NCBI GenBank assembly: GCA_963780225.1
Contig: CAWAAX010000011.1
Span: 64,001-128,000, forward strand
Origin: an uncultured bacterium
Lineage (GTDB): Bacteria > Edwardsbacteria > AC1 > EtOH8
Direction: 5' to 3'
DNA: 64,000 bases
Within the stretch, counting starts at the first letter, position 1, and each line of letters begins with the position of its first letter. Both the position numbers and the translations under genes were made by a program. This document shows, piece after piece, positions 49,435-57,667 of the stretch. The notes beneath the pieces were generated by a model, which was not told where the DNA came from, made no database searches, and saw only the letters and a program-made list of their open reading frames with translations.

Positions 49435-50457
49435 TTAGAATTGTTCCAGGAACCTGATATCGCCCGAATAAAAATGGCGGATGTCGTTGATGCCGTACTT
49501 CAGCATGGCCACCCTTTCCACTCCCAGGCCCCAGGCAAATCCTGAATATATTTCCGGGTCATAGCCCACGTTGTTAAAGACATTGGGGTCCACCATCCCG
49601 GCCCCGGAGATCTCCAGCCAGCCCGACTGCTTGCAGACCCTGCAGCCCTTGCCCTGGCAGAACACGCAGGAAAAATCGTATTCCACGCTGGGTTCGGTGA
49701 AGGGGAAGAAGTGCGGCCGGAACCGGATCTTGACCTTGTCGCCCAGCAGCCGCTTGGCGAAATAGCTGATGGTGGCCTTGAGGTCGGCCATCGAGACGCC
49801 GCGGTCGACGTACAAGCCCTCCACATGATGGAACTCCGGCAGGTGGGAGGCATCAATGGCGTCGCGGCGGTAGCAGCGGCCCGGGGCGATGATCCGGACC
49901 GGGGGCTTCTGCGACATCATGGTCCTGATTTGCACCGGGGAAGTGTGGGTCCGCAGCAGCAACGGGCTGTTTTTAAGATAAAAGGTGTCCTGCACGTTGC
50001 GGGCCGGATGGTCGGGCGGCGTGTTCAGCGCGTCGAAGTTGTTAAACTCGGTCTCCACATCCGGGCCCTCGGCCACGGTGAACCCCAGTCCGTGAAATAT
50101 CCCCGTCATTTCAGCAATGATCTGGTGCAGGGGATGCTTGTGCCCCAGTAGCGGCCGGCGGCCGGGCAGGCTTATATCCAGGATCTCCTTCTGCCGGTCA
50201 GCGCTTTGGGACCGGATTTCCAGGCTCTGCTTCCTCTGGTCCAGCAGCTCTGCCAGCTCAACCTTAAGCCGGTTGACCGAAGCCCCGAAAGCCGGGCGCT
50301 GGGCCGGTTCCACCGAGGACACCGATTTCAGCAGCTCGGTCACCTGTCCCTTGCGGCCCAGATAGAGGACCCTCAGCTCCTCCAGTTTTTCCAGGCCGGA
50401 GCATTCGGATATCTGCTTCTTGGCTTCTTCGCCTATTTTGTTCAGCTTGTCTATCAT
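49435..50457 (-). CDS. pheS: phenylalanine--tRNA ligase alpha subunit
   Basis: HPAR..QDTFY, RTHTSPVQ, FPFTEPS, G.GVER. Confidence 0.98.
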   Translation of the reverse strand: MIDKLNKIGEEAKKQISECSGLEKLEELRVLYLGRKGQVTELLKSVSSVEPAQRPAFGASVNRLKVELAELLDQRKQSLEIRSQSADRQKEILDISLPGRRPLLGHKHPLHQIIAEMTGIFHGLGFTVAEGPDVETEFNNFDALNTPPDHPARNVQDTFYLKNSPLLLRTHTSPVQIRTMMSQKPPVRIIAPGRCYRRDAIDASHLPEFHHVEGLYVDRGVSMADLKATISYFAKRLLGDKVKIRFRPHFFPFTEPSVEYDFSCVFCQGKGCRVCKQSGWLEISGAGMVDPNVFNNVGYDPEIYSGFAWGLGVERVAMLKYGINDIRHFYSGDIRFLEQF

Positions 50458-50520
50458 CTAAACGGTTTCAAACATTTCCACCTTTTCGAACATTTCAAAC
50501 AAACCGCCTTGTTAGGCAGT

Positions 50521-50868
50521 TTACTTCTTGGCCGCTTCCACCACCTTGGTAAAGGCCAGCGGGTCGGTGATGGCGATCTCGGCCAGCACCTTACGGTTCA
50601 GGGCGATGTTGTTCTTCTTAAGGCCGCTGATGAAGGCGTTGTAGCTGATCCCGTTCAGGCGGCAGGCCGCGTTGACCCTGATGATCCACAGGCTGCGGAA
50701 ATCGCGCTTCTTGTTGTGACGGTCGCGGTAGGCAAACTGCCCGGCCCGCATCACGGCTTCCTTGGCTATGCGGTATAGGCGGTGTCTGCCTCCCCAAAAG
50801 CCTTTGGCTTTCTTGAATATCTTGTTCTTTTTCTGCCGGGTGGCGGCTGCGGTGGTAACTCTGGACAT
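50521..50868 (-). CDS. rplT: 50S ribosomal protein L20
   Basis: AKGFWG, AYRDR..KKRDFRSLWI.R.NAA, LNRKVLA. Confidence 0.98.
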   Translation of the reverse strand: MSRVTTAAATRQKKNKIFKKAKGFWGGRHRLYRIAKEAVMRAGQFAYRDRHNKKRDFRSLWIIRVNAACRLNGISYNAFISGLKKNNIALNRKVLAEIAITDPLAFTKVVEAAKK

Positions 50869-51020
50869 GGTCTCTTACCTATCCTTTCTGATGATCTCTA
50901 TGATCTGTGATTTGTTTGCAGTTACGTTATTTTCCCACTAAATGCACGAAACATTTTCTTTCTGGAGAAAATAAATTTATTTCGCGGTTTTTAGTGTGTT
51001 TCGTGGGAATGGTGCTCCGC

Positions 51021-51218
51021 TTAGCCGTTGGGCAGCAGCCGGTTGATCCTCTTGGAATTGGCGCTGTCCACCAGGCCTCCCTGGCGCAGGTTGCGCTTGC
51101 GTTTGCGGGTCTTGGTGGTCAGCTTGTGGCTCTTGCAGGCCTTGTTGCGCTTGATCTTGCCCTTGCTGGTGATCCTCAATCTTTTGGCCGCCGCCCGGCT
51201 GGTCTTTACCTTTGGCAT
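51021..51218 (-). CDS. rpmI: 50S ribosomal protein L35
   Basis: MPKVKT..AAAKR, SHKL, RKRNLR. Confidence 0.97.
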   Translation of the reverse strand: MPKVKTSRAAAKRLRITSKGKIKRNKACKSHKLTTKTRKRKRNLRQGGLVDSANSKRINRLLPNG

Positions 51219-51298
51219 GGCTTCTCCTTTGGTTGTTTATATTATTTTGATTTATATATTCATGGAACAAGAATATCCCGGCCGGACATCAGTTGCAT

Positions 51299-51430
51299 CC
51301 GGTGGTTTCGATACGCCCCGCTTGGTTTCGATGCTTCGACACACTCAGCACAAGTACGGCCGGACATTGAGTAGTGTGAACGTATCGAAATGCCGGCCAC
51401 TCAGCCAACAGCGGGGCACTCAACCACCGG
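51299..51430. repeat. multiply nested REP-like palindrome
   Basis: Four TTCGA...ACTCA units nested inside each other. Confidence 0.8.
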
Positions 51431-51449
51431 CGACCCGGACAGTGGCAGG

Positions 51450-51965
51450 TCAGGCAGTGTTCTTGGGCGAAAGCAGCGACACCATGGTGTTGCCCTCCAG
51501 CTTGGGCTGCTGCTCGATCACGGCCACGTCTGCGATCTCCACCATGAAGCGGTCTATCACCCGACGGCCTATGTCGATGTGGGCCATCTCCCGGCCCCTA
51601 AAGCGCATCGAGACCCTGACCTTGTCCTTGTGGGCCAGGAAATCCCTGGCCTGGTTGAATTTTACCAGGTAATCGTGTTCGCCGATCTTGGGCCCCAGCC
51701 GGATCTCCTTGACCTTGACCTCGTGCTGCTTCTTCCGGGCCTCCTTCTTGTTCTTCTCCTCGTGATAAAGGAATTTCCCGAAATCTATTATCTTGCAGAC
51801 CGGGGGTTTGGCCTCGGGCACTATCTCCACCAGGTCCAGCCCCTTGTCTTCGGCCTGGCGCAGGGCCTCGGCGATAGGCAGCACGCCTATCTGCTGACCA
51901 TCGGGCCCCACCACCCTGACCTCCGGGACCCGAATCTTGTTATTTACCCGATAATCCTTGCTGAT
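51450..51965 (-). CDS. infC: translation initiation factor IF-3 with non-AUG (ATC) start
   Basis: GGAGG RBS then in-frame ATC AGC AAG GAT TAT CGG GTA AAT; LDLVEI, PPVCK, FRGRE motifs. Confidence 0.96.
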   Translation of the reverse strand: MSKDYRVNNKIRVPEVRVVGPDGQQIGVLPIAEALRQAEDKGLDLVEIVPEAKPPVCKIIDFGKFLYHEEKNKKEARKKQHEVKVKEIRLGPKIGEHDYLVKFNQARDFLAHKDKVRVSMRFRGREMAHIDIGRRVIDRFMVEIADVAVIEQQPKLEGNTMVSLLSPKNTA

Positions 51966-52011
51966 AGGTGATCCCTCCGTTAAAAGTTTGTATTGATTAC
52001 TGGGGACTCAT

Positions 52012-52099
52012 TGCCACCAAGACACTAAGACACTAAACTAAACCACGCCAAGCCCAATTATATAAAATGAAAAATTTGTGCCTTTGTGTCTTTGTGGCA
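52012..52099. mobile_element. MITE-like element, GCCACNAAGACAC family (copy 2)
   Basis: tgccaccaagacactaagacac ... gtgcctttgtgtctttgtggca. Confidence 0.7.
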
Positions 52100-52110
52100 G
52101 TCCTGGCGGT

Positions 52111-52275
52111 AAAAAGAAAAAAGCCGATGGCAAAAAACAATGCCACCCGCTTTACTTTGAGGGCCTATAAATGGAATCCCTCTGCATTTGTACCAGAGCT
52201 GACAGCATTGTAGTGCGCCGCCCGGTGAGAAGCGAGCCAAAGAATGAACTTTGGTGCGTGTGGCTTCTGCTTTTT
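52111..52275 (-). ncRNA. L20 (infC) ribosomal protein leader
   Basis: AAGCAGAAGC ... CGCTTCTCACC ... GTAAAGCGGGTG, then a hairpin and U tract, upstream of infC-rpmI-rplT. Confidence 0.75.
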
Positions 52276-52394
52276 ATTCTGATTATTTTGCTAAAGAATA
52301 GCAAGATGCTTTTGATGCTATGATAACCTGTTATCAAGCAACAACATTATAGCAAAATAGCCGGGGAAATGCAAGGGGTAATATAAATAAACTC

Positions 52395-52433
52395 TTGACA
52401 TTTGAGGCTTGGTGTTGTATGATTCATACAACA
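52395..52433 (+). promoter_or_regulatory. sigma70 promoter with overlapping palindromic operator
   Basis: TTGACA(52395)-17-TATGAT(52418); perfect inverted repeat tgttgtatga-t-tcatacaaca (52413-52433). Confidence 0.85.
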
Positions 52434-52446
52434 GGAGGTAATTGCA

Positions 52447-52824
52447 ATGTATAAAAAGCTATTCGGCGAGTTTATCAAGCAAAAAAGACTTGATAAAAAC
52501 ATCACTTTAAGGCAGTTTTGCCTGGACAACTCAATAGATCCCGGCAATTACAGTAAAATGGAGCGCGGTCTGCTGGCGCCGCCTTCCGATAAGGTTCATT
52601 TGGAAAAATACGCAGCCGCCTTGGGATTGAAAAGCGGTTCTGAGGATTGGATAGAGTTGTTTGACCGCGCTTCTGCCTGCCGGGGTGAGATCCCGGAAGA
52701 AATTTTAAAGGATGCCGATCTGGTAAACAAATTGCCCCTTTTCTTCAGGACCCTGCGCGGCGAAAAAGTGCCCAAGGAAAAACTTAGGGAACTGGCTGAA
52801 ATAATAAGAAAAGGCGGCCAATAA
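52447..52824 (+). CDS. Xre-family HTH regulator
   Basis: FGEFIKQKR...TLRQF...YSKMERG..PP; AGGAGG RBS. Confidence 0.92.
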   Translation: MYKKLFGEFIKQKRLDKNITLRQFCLDNSIDPGNYSKMERGLLAPPSDKVHLEKYAAALGLKSGSEDWIELFDRASACRGEIPEEILKDADLVNKLPLFFRTLRGEKVPKEKLRELAEIIRKGGQ

Positions 52825-52825
52825 T

Positions 52826-53461
52826 ATGAAGCTGCCGGTTAAATGGTTGAGTAAAAACGACCTGAAAAAGGCAGCCGAGGAGTTCAGCGCAAAATACAAC
52901 CCAGAAAAAGCGATTCCGGTGCCGGTTGATTACATAATTGAGAGCAGGCTGAACATTGACATTGTCCCCATGGCCGGGCTTAAAGAAGAATTGGACAATG
53001 ACGGCTTTATCTCCCGCGACTTTACCACCATACATATTGACCAAAACATATATTTCAACGTAGAGGTCCGTTATCGCTTTTCTTTGGCACATGAAATAGG
53101 ACATTTTTTACTGCACAAAGATATCTATAGAGACCTTCATTGCGAAACGGTGGAAGACTGGGCCGATATTTATGACGCCATCGATTCGGAAGACTACGGA
53201 AAACTTGAATTCCAGGCCAACCATTTTGCAGGTTGCTTATTGATTCCCGACTATGCCCTTAACCCTTTGTACCGGGAAGTTCTGAAAGATATCTTGCCGC
53301 AGATAAAAGCCGCCCAAGAAAAAGACATACCGCGTGAAACCTATTTGGATTCAGTTATTGGCAGCATTGCCCGCAAACTGGCTCCGCAGTTCAATGTTTC
53401 ATCGACTTGCATGGAAAACAGAATCCGGAACGATGATCTTTATAGTACAATGATTCCTTAA
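52826..53461 (+). CDS. ImmA/IrrE family metallo-endopeptidase
   Basis: RFSLAHEIGH, E.QAN.FA..LLIP, FNVS. Confidence 0.95.
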   Translation: MKLPVKWLSKNDLKKAAEEFSAKYNPEKAIPVPVDYIIESRLNIDIVPMAGLKEELDNDGFISRDFTTIHIDQNIYFNVEVRYRFSLAHEIGHFLLHKDIYRDLHCETVEDWADIYDAIDSEDYGKLEFQANHFAGCLLIPDYALNPLYREVLKDILPQIKAAQEKDIPRETYLDSVIGSIARKLAPQFNVSSTCMENRIRNDDLYSTMIP

Positions 53462-53476
53462 ACAATGGTCCAGCTA

Positions 53477-53517
53477 AATAAAAAAGGCCGCGGCGTCACG
53501 CCCCGGCCTTTTTTATT
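53477..53517 (+). terminator. rho-independent terminator
   Basis: aaaaaaggccg...cggcctttttt. Confidence 0.8.
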
Positions 53518-53649
53518 TTCGTATTTAACAAAAATTTTAACAACAAATTTACGCACGTTTGGTGCGAGTTGCCTTAAGTTGTTGTCATATATAATATTGC
53601 GTGCTTAGATTTGTGTACTTTAGAAAATTGGTGTGATTTGTTATTTTTA

Positions 53650-53678
53650 TTGATTTTTGATTAATTGTATGCTATAAT
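53650..53678 (+). promoter_or_regulatory. sigma70 promoter with extended -10
   Basis: TTGATT-17-TATAAT preceded by TG. Confidence 0.6.
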
Positions 53679-53732
53679 ATAGATGTATAAAACATATAAT
53701 AAAAGTATAACTTATAAACAAACGAGGAAATT

Positions 53733-54110
53733 ATGACTTTATTTGATAAATGGCTTGATGAAAACCGGTATGACTCTAAAAATCTGTTGCCCAGTATTCT
53801 TCTTGTCCTGGCCGACGATAAAGCGCATGGCTTTAAGCTCGGGGGTGAAACTCAGGTAATGGGTTATCTGGTAGATCTTCCTGATTTTGGTACTATTTAT
53901 CGCTTATTGAAACAGCTTGAAGATGAGAAAATGGCAACTTCTGAATGGGATACTTCACAAACAGGACCTGCGCGGAAAGTTTATAGTTTGACTCCAAAAG
54001 GGTTTGATTATCTCGATTCAATAATGATACGTATACGAGAACAGTGTGGACGTTTTGAAGATATGCTTGAGAAGTATGAAAAAGTGAAAAGGAAAGACAG
54101 ACGTAAGTAG
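53733..54110 (+). CDS. PadR-family transcriptional regulator
   Basis: HGF.L, GTIYRLLKQLE, SEW....GPARKVYSLT.KG. Confidence 0.92.
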   Translation: MTLFDKWLDENRYDSKNLLPSILLVLADDKAHGFKLGGETQVMGYLVDLPDFGTIYRLLKQLEDEKMATSEWDTSQTGPARKVYSLTPKGFDYLDSIMIRIREQCGRFEDMLEKYEKVKRKDRRK

Positions 54111-54141
54111 AAAATATAACCTATATGAAGGGAGTTATAAA

Positions 54142-54573
54142 ATGTGCGAAATAAGGAACAAACTAATTTCTGTTGCACTTGAGTGGCAGGAAAAATATGG
54201 TGTTGCACCATCAATAACTTCAGCATTGTCAGAATATGACGCGGCAATGATTGTTGGATGTACTGAAGAACAATATTCAAAGTACATGCAGGTCAGGACA
54301 GCAGTTTCAAGAGATGTAGACTTCGTGCATGAAGGGAAAAGATATCAAGTCAAGGGAAGCAGACCTAGCGGGAAACCTGGCAGTCCAGTTACAAAAGTAA
54401 CACAGGCAAAAAATTATAATTGGGATCACCTAATTTGGATTCTATATAACAAAGAATACGAAATCCAAGAAGCATGGCTTTGGGAGAAAGATAAATATGA
54501 AGAGATGTTTTCAGGGAGCAAAAGAATTTCACCCAAAGATATGCGGCAAGGAACAAGAATCTTTCCAAATTAA
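54142..54573 (+). CDS. putative PD-(D/E)XK nuclease-fold protein
   Basis: SEYDAA helix, DVDF, YQVK arranged like a restriction-endonuclease active site. Confidence 0.6.
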   Translation: MCEIRNKLISVALEWQEKYGVAPSITSALSEYDAAMIVGCTEEQYSKYMQVRTAVSRDVDFVHEGKRYQVKGSRPSGKPGSPVTKVTQAKNYNWDHLIWILYNKEYEIQEAWLWEKDKYEEMFSGSKRISPKDMRQGTRIFPN

Positions 54574-54731
54574 ATATCACTTTTGACCACCCACTATTAT
54601 ACAATAAAAGCTTCCAAAAAGAATGTTTTGGTGTCGCTCTTAATCTTTACCAGCCAAACAGCCAATAGTATTACTCAAAAGCCAATACTGCTTAACATAT
54701 ACCGAAGCCGGACCGAGAAAGGAGTATTAAC

Positions 54732-55979
54732 ATGAGAACGCTGGTGATTCACCCCAAAGATCCAACCACTGATTTTCTGGCTGACATTTATCGCGGAAAA
54801 GACTGGGAGATAATAAGGAAGCCTATCTGTCGCGATGAACTTGCTGCCAAGATAGCAGAGAACGACCGGATAGTGATGCTGGGGCATGGTCTGCCCGCCG
54901 GACTAATCGGACACAACGGCCTGGTGATTGACGGGCCCATGACTCCGCTACTGCGGGGCAGGGAGTGCGTCTGCATCTGGTGCAATGCCGACCAATACGT
55001 GAGGCAGCATGGTCTTTCAGGGTTTTACACCGGAATGATCGTCTCCGAGCCAAACGAGGCCAGGATGTTTGACCTGCCTATGGATCCTGCCCCGATCAAT
55101 GATTCCAACCGGCTGTTTGCAGAAGCCGTCAGGGATTCAATATTTAAGGAGAACGTGCTGGAGTTAACCAGACAGGCTTATCACAGCAAGGTTAATCAGG
55201 TGATCGCCTACAATCGGAATAACTTGTATTTCCGGGAGGCCATGATTGAAGACTGTCAGGATGGAAACGGGGGCCGGGATTATGAAATTGACCCGGTTGA
55301 CAACCATGTGATAGTCCGGGCTGGCGGGAAAAAGCTGCTTATAGATACCGGGTCACCGTTCAGTATTGGTGACGGCGACCCCATGGCCATTTTCGGGGAA
55401 AAGCGCACTTTCCCGCGGGAACTTATGGGATTGAATGTTACTAAATTGGGCGGGATGATAGGGACCAGGATCGACATACTTTTGGGCAACGACGTTCTCC
55501 GGAAGCTCAATTTTTACATTGACTGGAAAAATAGGAGGATCCGGTTCTCGCGCCGGCCGTTCGGTTCAAATGGTGTATCCGTCCCCCTGAAATATGTCAT
55601 GGACGTTCCGGTGTTTGAAATCGGGGTGAACGGCATCAACATAAGCGCCATTCTGGATACCGGAGCCAAACATTCCTACCTGGATCGTGAACTGACCACC
55701 GGCCACAGAGACATGGGTGATATCTTGGACTTTCATCCAAGCATCGGTCAGTTTACCACGGGGTCTTTTGACCTTCCCGTATCTATTGCCGGGCAGAATA
55801 TGGCCTTGCGGGCGGGACTCCTTCCCCCCGCCATGCAGTTGCTGGCCAACGCTATGGGTGTCAGGGGTATCGTGGGCACCGAAATTTTAAACCGCTATGA
55901 CGCCTGCTTCAACCTGCCCCAGTCCGAGTTGGTGCTGGTAGACCGGGGCGGTTTTGAGCACGGCTGGAAGGGGGTGTAA
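54732..55979 (+). CDS. putative clan CD (caspase/CHAT-like) cysteine peptidase fused to tandem retropepsin-like aspartic protease domains
   Basis: IVMLGHG (H52) and VCIWC (C84); LLIDTGS...ILLG and AILDTGA...GIVG. Confidence 0.7.
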   Translation: MRTLVIHPKDPTTDFLADIYRGKDWEIIRKPICRDELAAKIAENDRIVMLGHGLPAGLIGHNGLVIDGPMTPLLRGRECVCIWCNADQYVRQHGLSGFYTGMIVSEPNEARMFDLPMDPAPINDSNRLFAEAVRDSIFKENVLELTRQAYHSKVNQVIAYNRNNLYFREAMIEDCQDGNGGRDYEIDPVDNHVIVRAGGKKLLIDTGSPFSIGDGDPMAIFGEKRTFPRELMGLNVTKLGGMIGTRIDILLGNDVLRKLNFYIDWKNRRIRFSRRPFGSNGVSVPLKYVMDVPVFEIGVNGINISAILDTGAKHSYLDRELTTGHRDMGDILDFHPSIGQFTTGSFDLPVSIAGQNMALRAGLLPPAMQLLANAMGVRGIVGTEILNRYDACFNLPQSELVLVDRGGFEHGWKGV

Positions 55980-55983
55980 GAGT

Positions 55984-56904
55984 ATGAGTGAAACAAATGA
56001 TACCCCCAAAAAAGAAAACGAGCTGATAAAGCTAATAACATTCCCGCTGGCCTTGGTGATAATTCTGATTTGTAAGATCCTAACGTTTGTAATTAGTTCG
56101 ATTGCTTCGGTAGTACACCAGGTCCGGAGAAATATCCGTATCCGAGTTAAAAGTCGTAAATACTTGGCGCTGGCAAAAGAATACAAACTGCCTATGACCT
56201 TTGAACAAGCCACAAGGTGTTTGAGTGATTCAGATAAAAGTGAGGTGACCAAACCTAACAGCGGGTTTCTGATCATAGCCTTGTCCAAGATGGAAGACTG
56301 GTCATTCTTGTACCTTATCGGCCAGTGCCACCTGCATGAAAATCGCTTTTTTGAAGCGGTGAATTGCTTTGTCAAGGCATCAGGACCTAACGATAGTTTT
56401 TTACAGAAACTGGTGCTTCTGGAGATAGGAGCGAAACTGTTAGAAAAATACATACTGTTATCAAAGGAAGCAAAGGATTCATGCGAATTGGAGGATAGGC
56501 TTTTTACCGCAGCTAATCGTTTGGGGCATACCTATAGACGGGCCGGAATTTATTCCATAGCCTATGATTGGTATATGAAGGCAAAGGATGCCATTTATAA
56601 TTCAGCCACGATAGAAGGTGCGGAAAGAATGCTGCAAAAAATCAATGAGAATTCTGCACAAGGCCGTAAGCCTTTTATAGAAGGAGATAATCGTTTTTGG
56701 TCTTATGATCAAATCACTGAAGTATTGCGTTCAGATCTAAGATATGCAGAATTACTAAACAATATTGGCTTATGCCTGATAGCGATGAACAGCGATGACG
56801 AAATAACCGAAGCCTGGTTTGAAAAGGCTATTGCTTATATACCCGATGGGGTGGATTATCCTGAACCCCAAAAGCACTTAGATGAAATCAATGCAAAGGA
56901 GTAA
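55984..56904 (+). CDS. membrane-anchored TPR-like protein
   Basis: N-terminal hydrophobic stretch and three TPR-like motifs (YLIGQC..EAVNCF; RLG..Y..AY.WY.KA; NNIG.C..WFEKAI). Confidence 0.7.
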   Translation: MSETNDTPKKENELIKLITFPLALVIILICKILTFVISSIASVVHQVRRNIRIRVKSRKYLALAKEYKLPMTFEQATRCLSDSDKSEVTKPNSGFLIIALSKMEDWSFLYLIGQCHLHENRFFEAVNCFVKASGPNDSFLQKLVLLEIGAKLLEKYILLSKEAKDSCELEDRLFTAANRLGHTYRRAGIYSIAYDWYMKAKDAIYNSATIEGAERMLQKINENSAQGRKPFIEGDNRFWSYDQITEVLRSDLRYAELLNNIGLCLIAMNSDDEITEAWFEKAIAYIPDGVDYPEPQKHLDEINAKE

Positions 56905-56908
56905 TGAT

Positions 56909-57517
56909 ATGCCACTACCCCAAATGGAACCACTCAACGAGTATTCCCTGACCCTTGCCAAAATGGTTGCCAGTACGAGTTACCTACCCCATCCGTATAC
57001 TGTTGGTGCATTGAATGGTGCTGCTTTCCCGACTCAACGATATAGGAATAGGTACCCAAAGCTTTCGTTGATATTAAACAACGATGTGGAAATCGGCATG
57101 TATGATGACAATACCACGCCAAGGTGGGCTTTACTGTGGTCCCATGGTTTTGCTGACGGACAGCGTAATGGTTGGGGCTTTGCTCATGTTTGGCAAGTAT
57201 CAGACGATATGAAAGCGTATACCAATATTGCTAACCTTGCAATGATACCAGAATGTTTTGGGACTCTAACAGACAAAAAAGGGCCATTGACTGGGTATTT
57301 GCAGTGGCACGCATGGAAAGTATACGGATGGAAACCTGATGGGATGAATGTTCCAACAGAACCGCCTGATTACAACCAGTTAGAATGGAGATATTTAAAT
57401 AGAACTGATGCACCAAGGGAATTGATCAATGAAAGGATTTTAAGACGAGATAATCAACGCTTACGAATTTTACGTCCAATCATGAACAGACTTGGAATGT
57501 TACAATCACTTGCTTAA
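56909..57517 (+). CDS. hypothetical protein with HNH-like motif
   Basis: FAHVW......YTNIANLAMIP....LTD resembles a beta-beta-alpha-metal motif. Confidence 0.55.
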   Translation: MPLPQMEPLNEYSLTLAKMVASTSYLPHPYTVGALNGAAFPTQRYRNRYPKLSLILNNDVEIGMYDDNTTPRWALLWSHGFADGQRNGWGFAHVWQVSDDMKAYTNIANLAMIPECFGTLTDKKGPLTGYLQWHAWKVYGWKPDGMNVPTEPPDYNQLEWRYLNRTDAPRELINERILRRDNQRLRILRPIMNRLGMLQSLA

Positions 57518-57598
57518 ACAAAGTAAGCCTGACATGCCCCCGTTAATTGTACCAATATGATTGTTACTCTCAGGCCGCTGAACAGATGGGCCGCAGTT

Positions 57599-57647
57599 TA
57601 CGAAACAAGGAAGCCGAGCAATTATTGCTTGGCTTCCTTGTTTCGTA
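57599..57647. terminator. long hairpin between convergent genes
   Basis: tacgaaacaaggaagccgagcaa-tta-ttgcttggcttccttgtttcgta. Confidence 0.8.
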
Positions 57648-57667
57648 TCTTTATTATTTAAGTTTTG

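Noticed and set aside
54111..54141. attC site (tataac...gttata) between island genes
   Set aside because: Far too short for an attC, and there is no integron integrase
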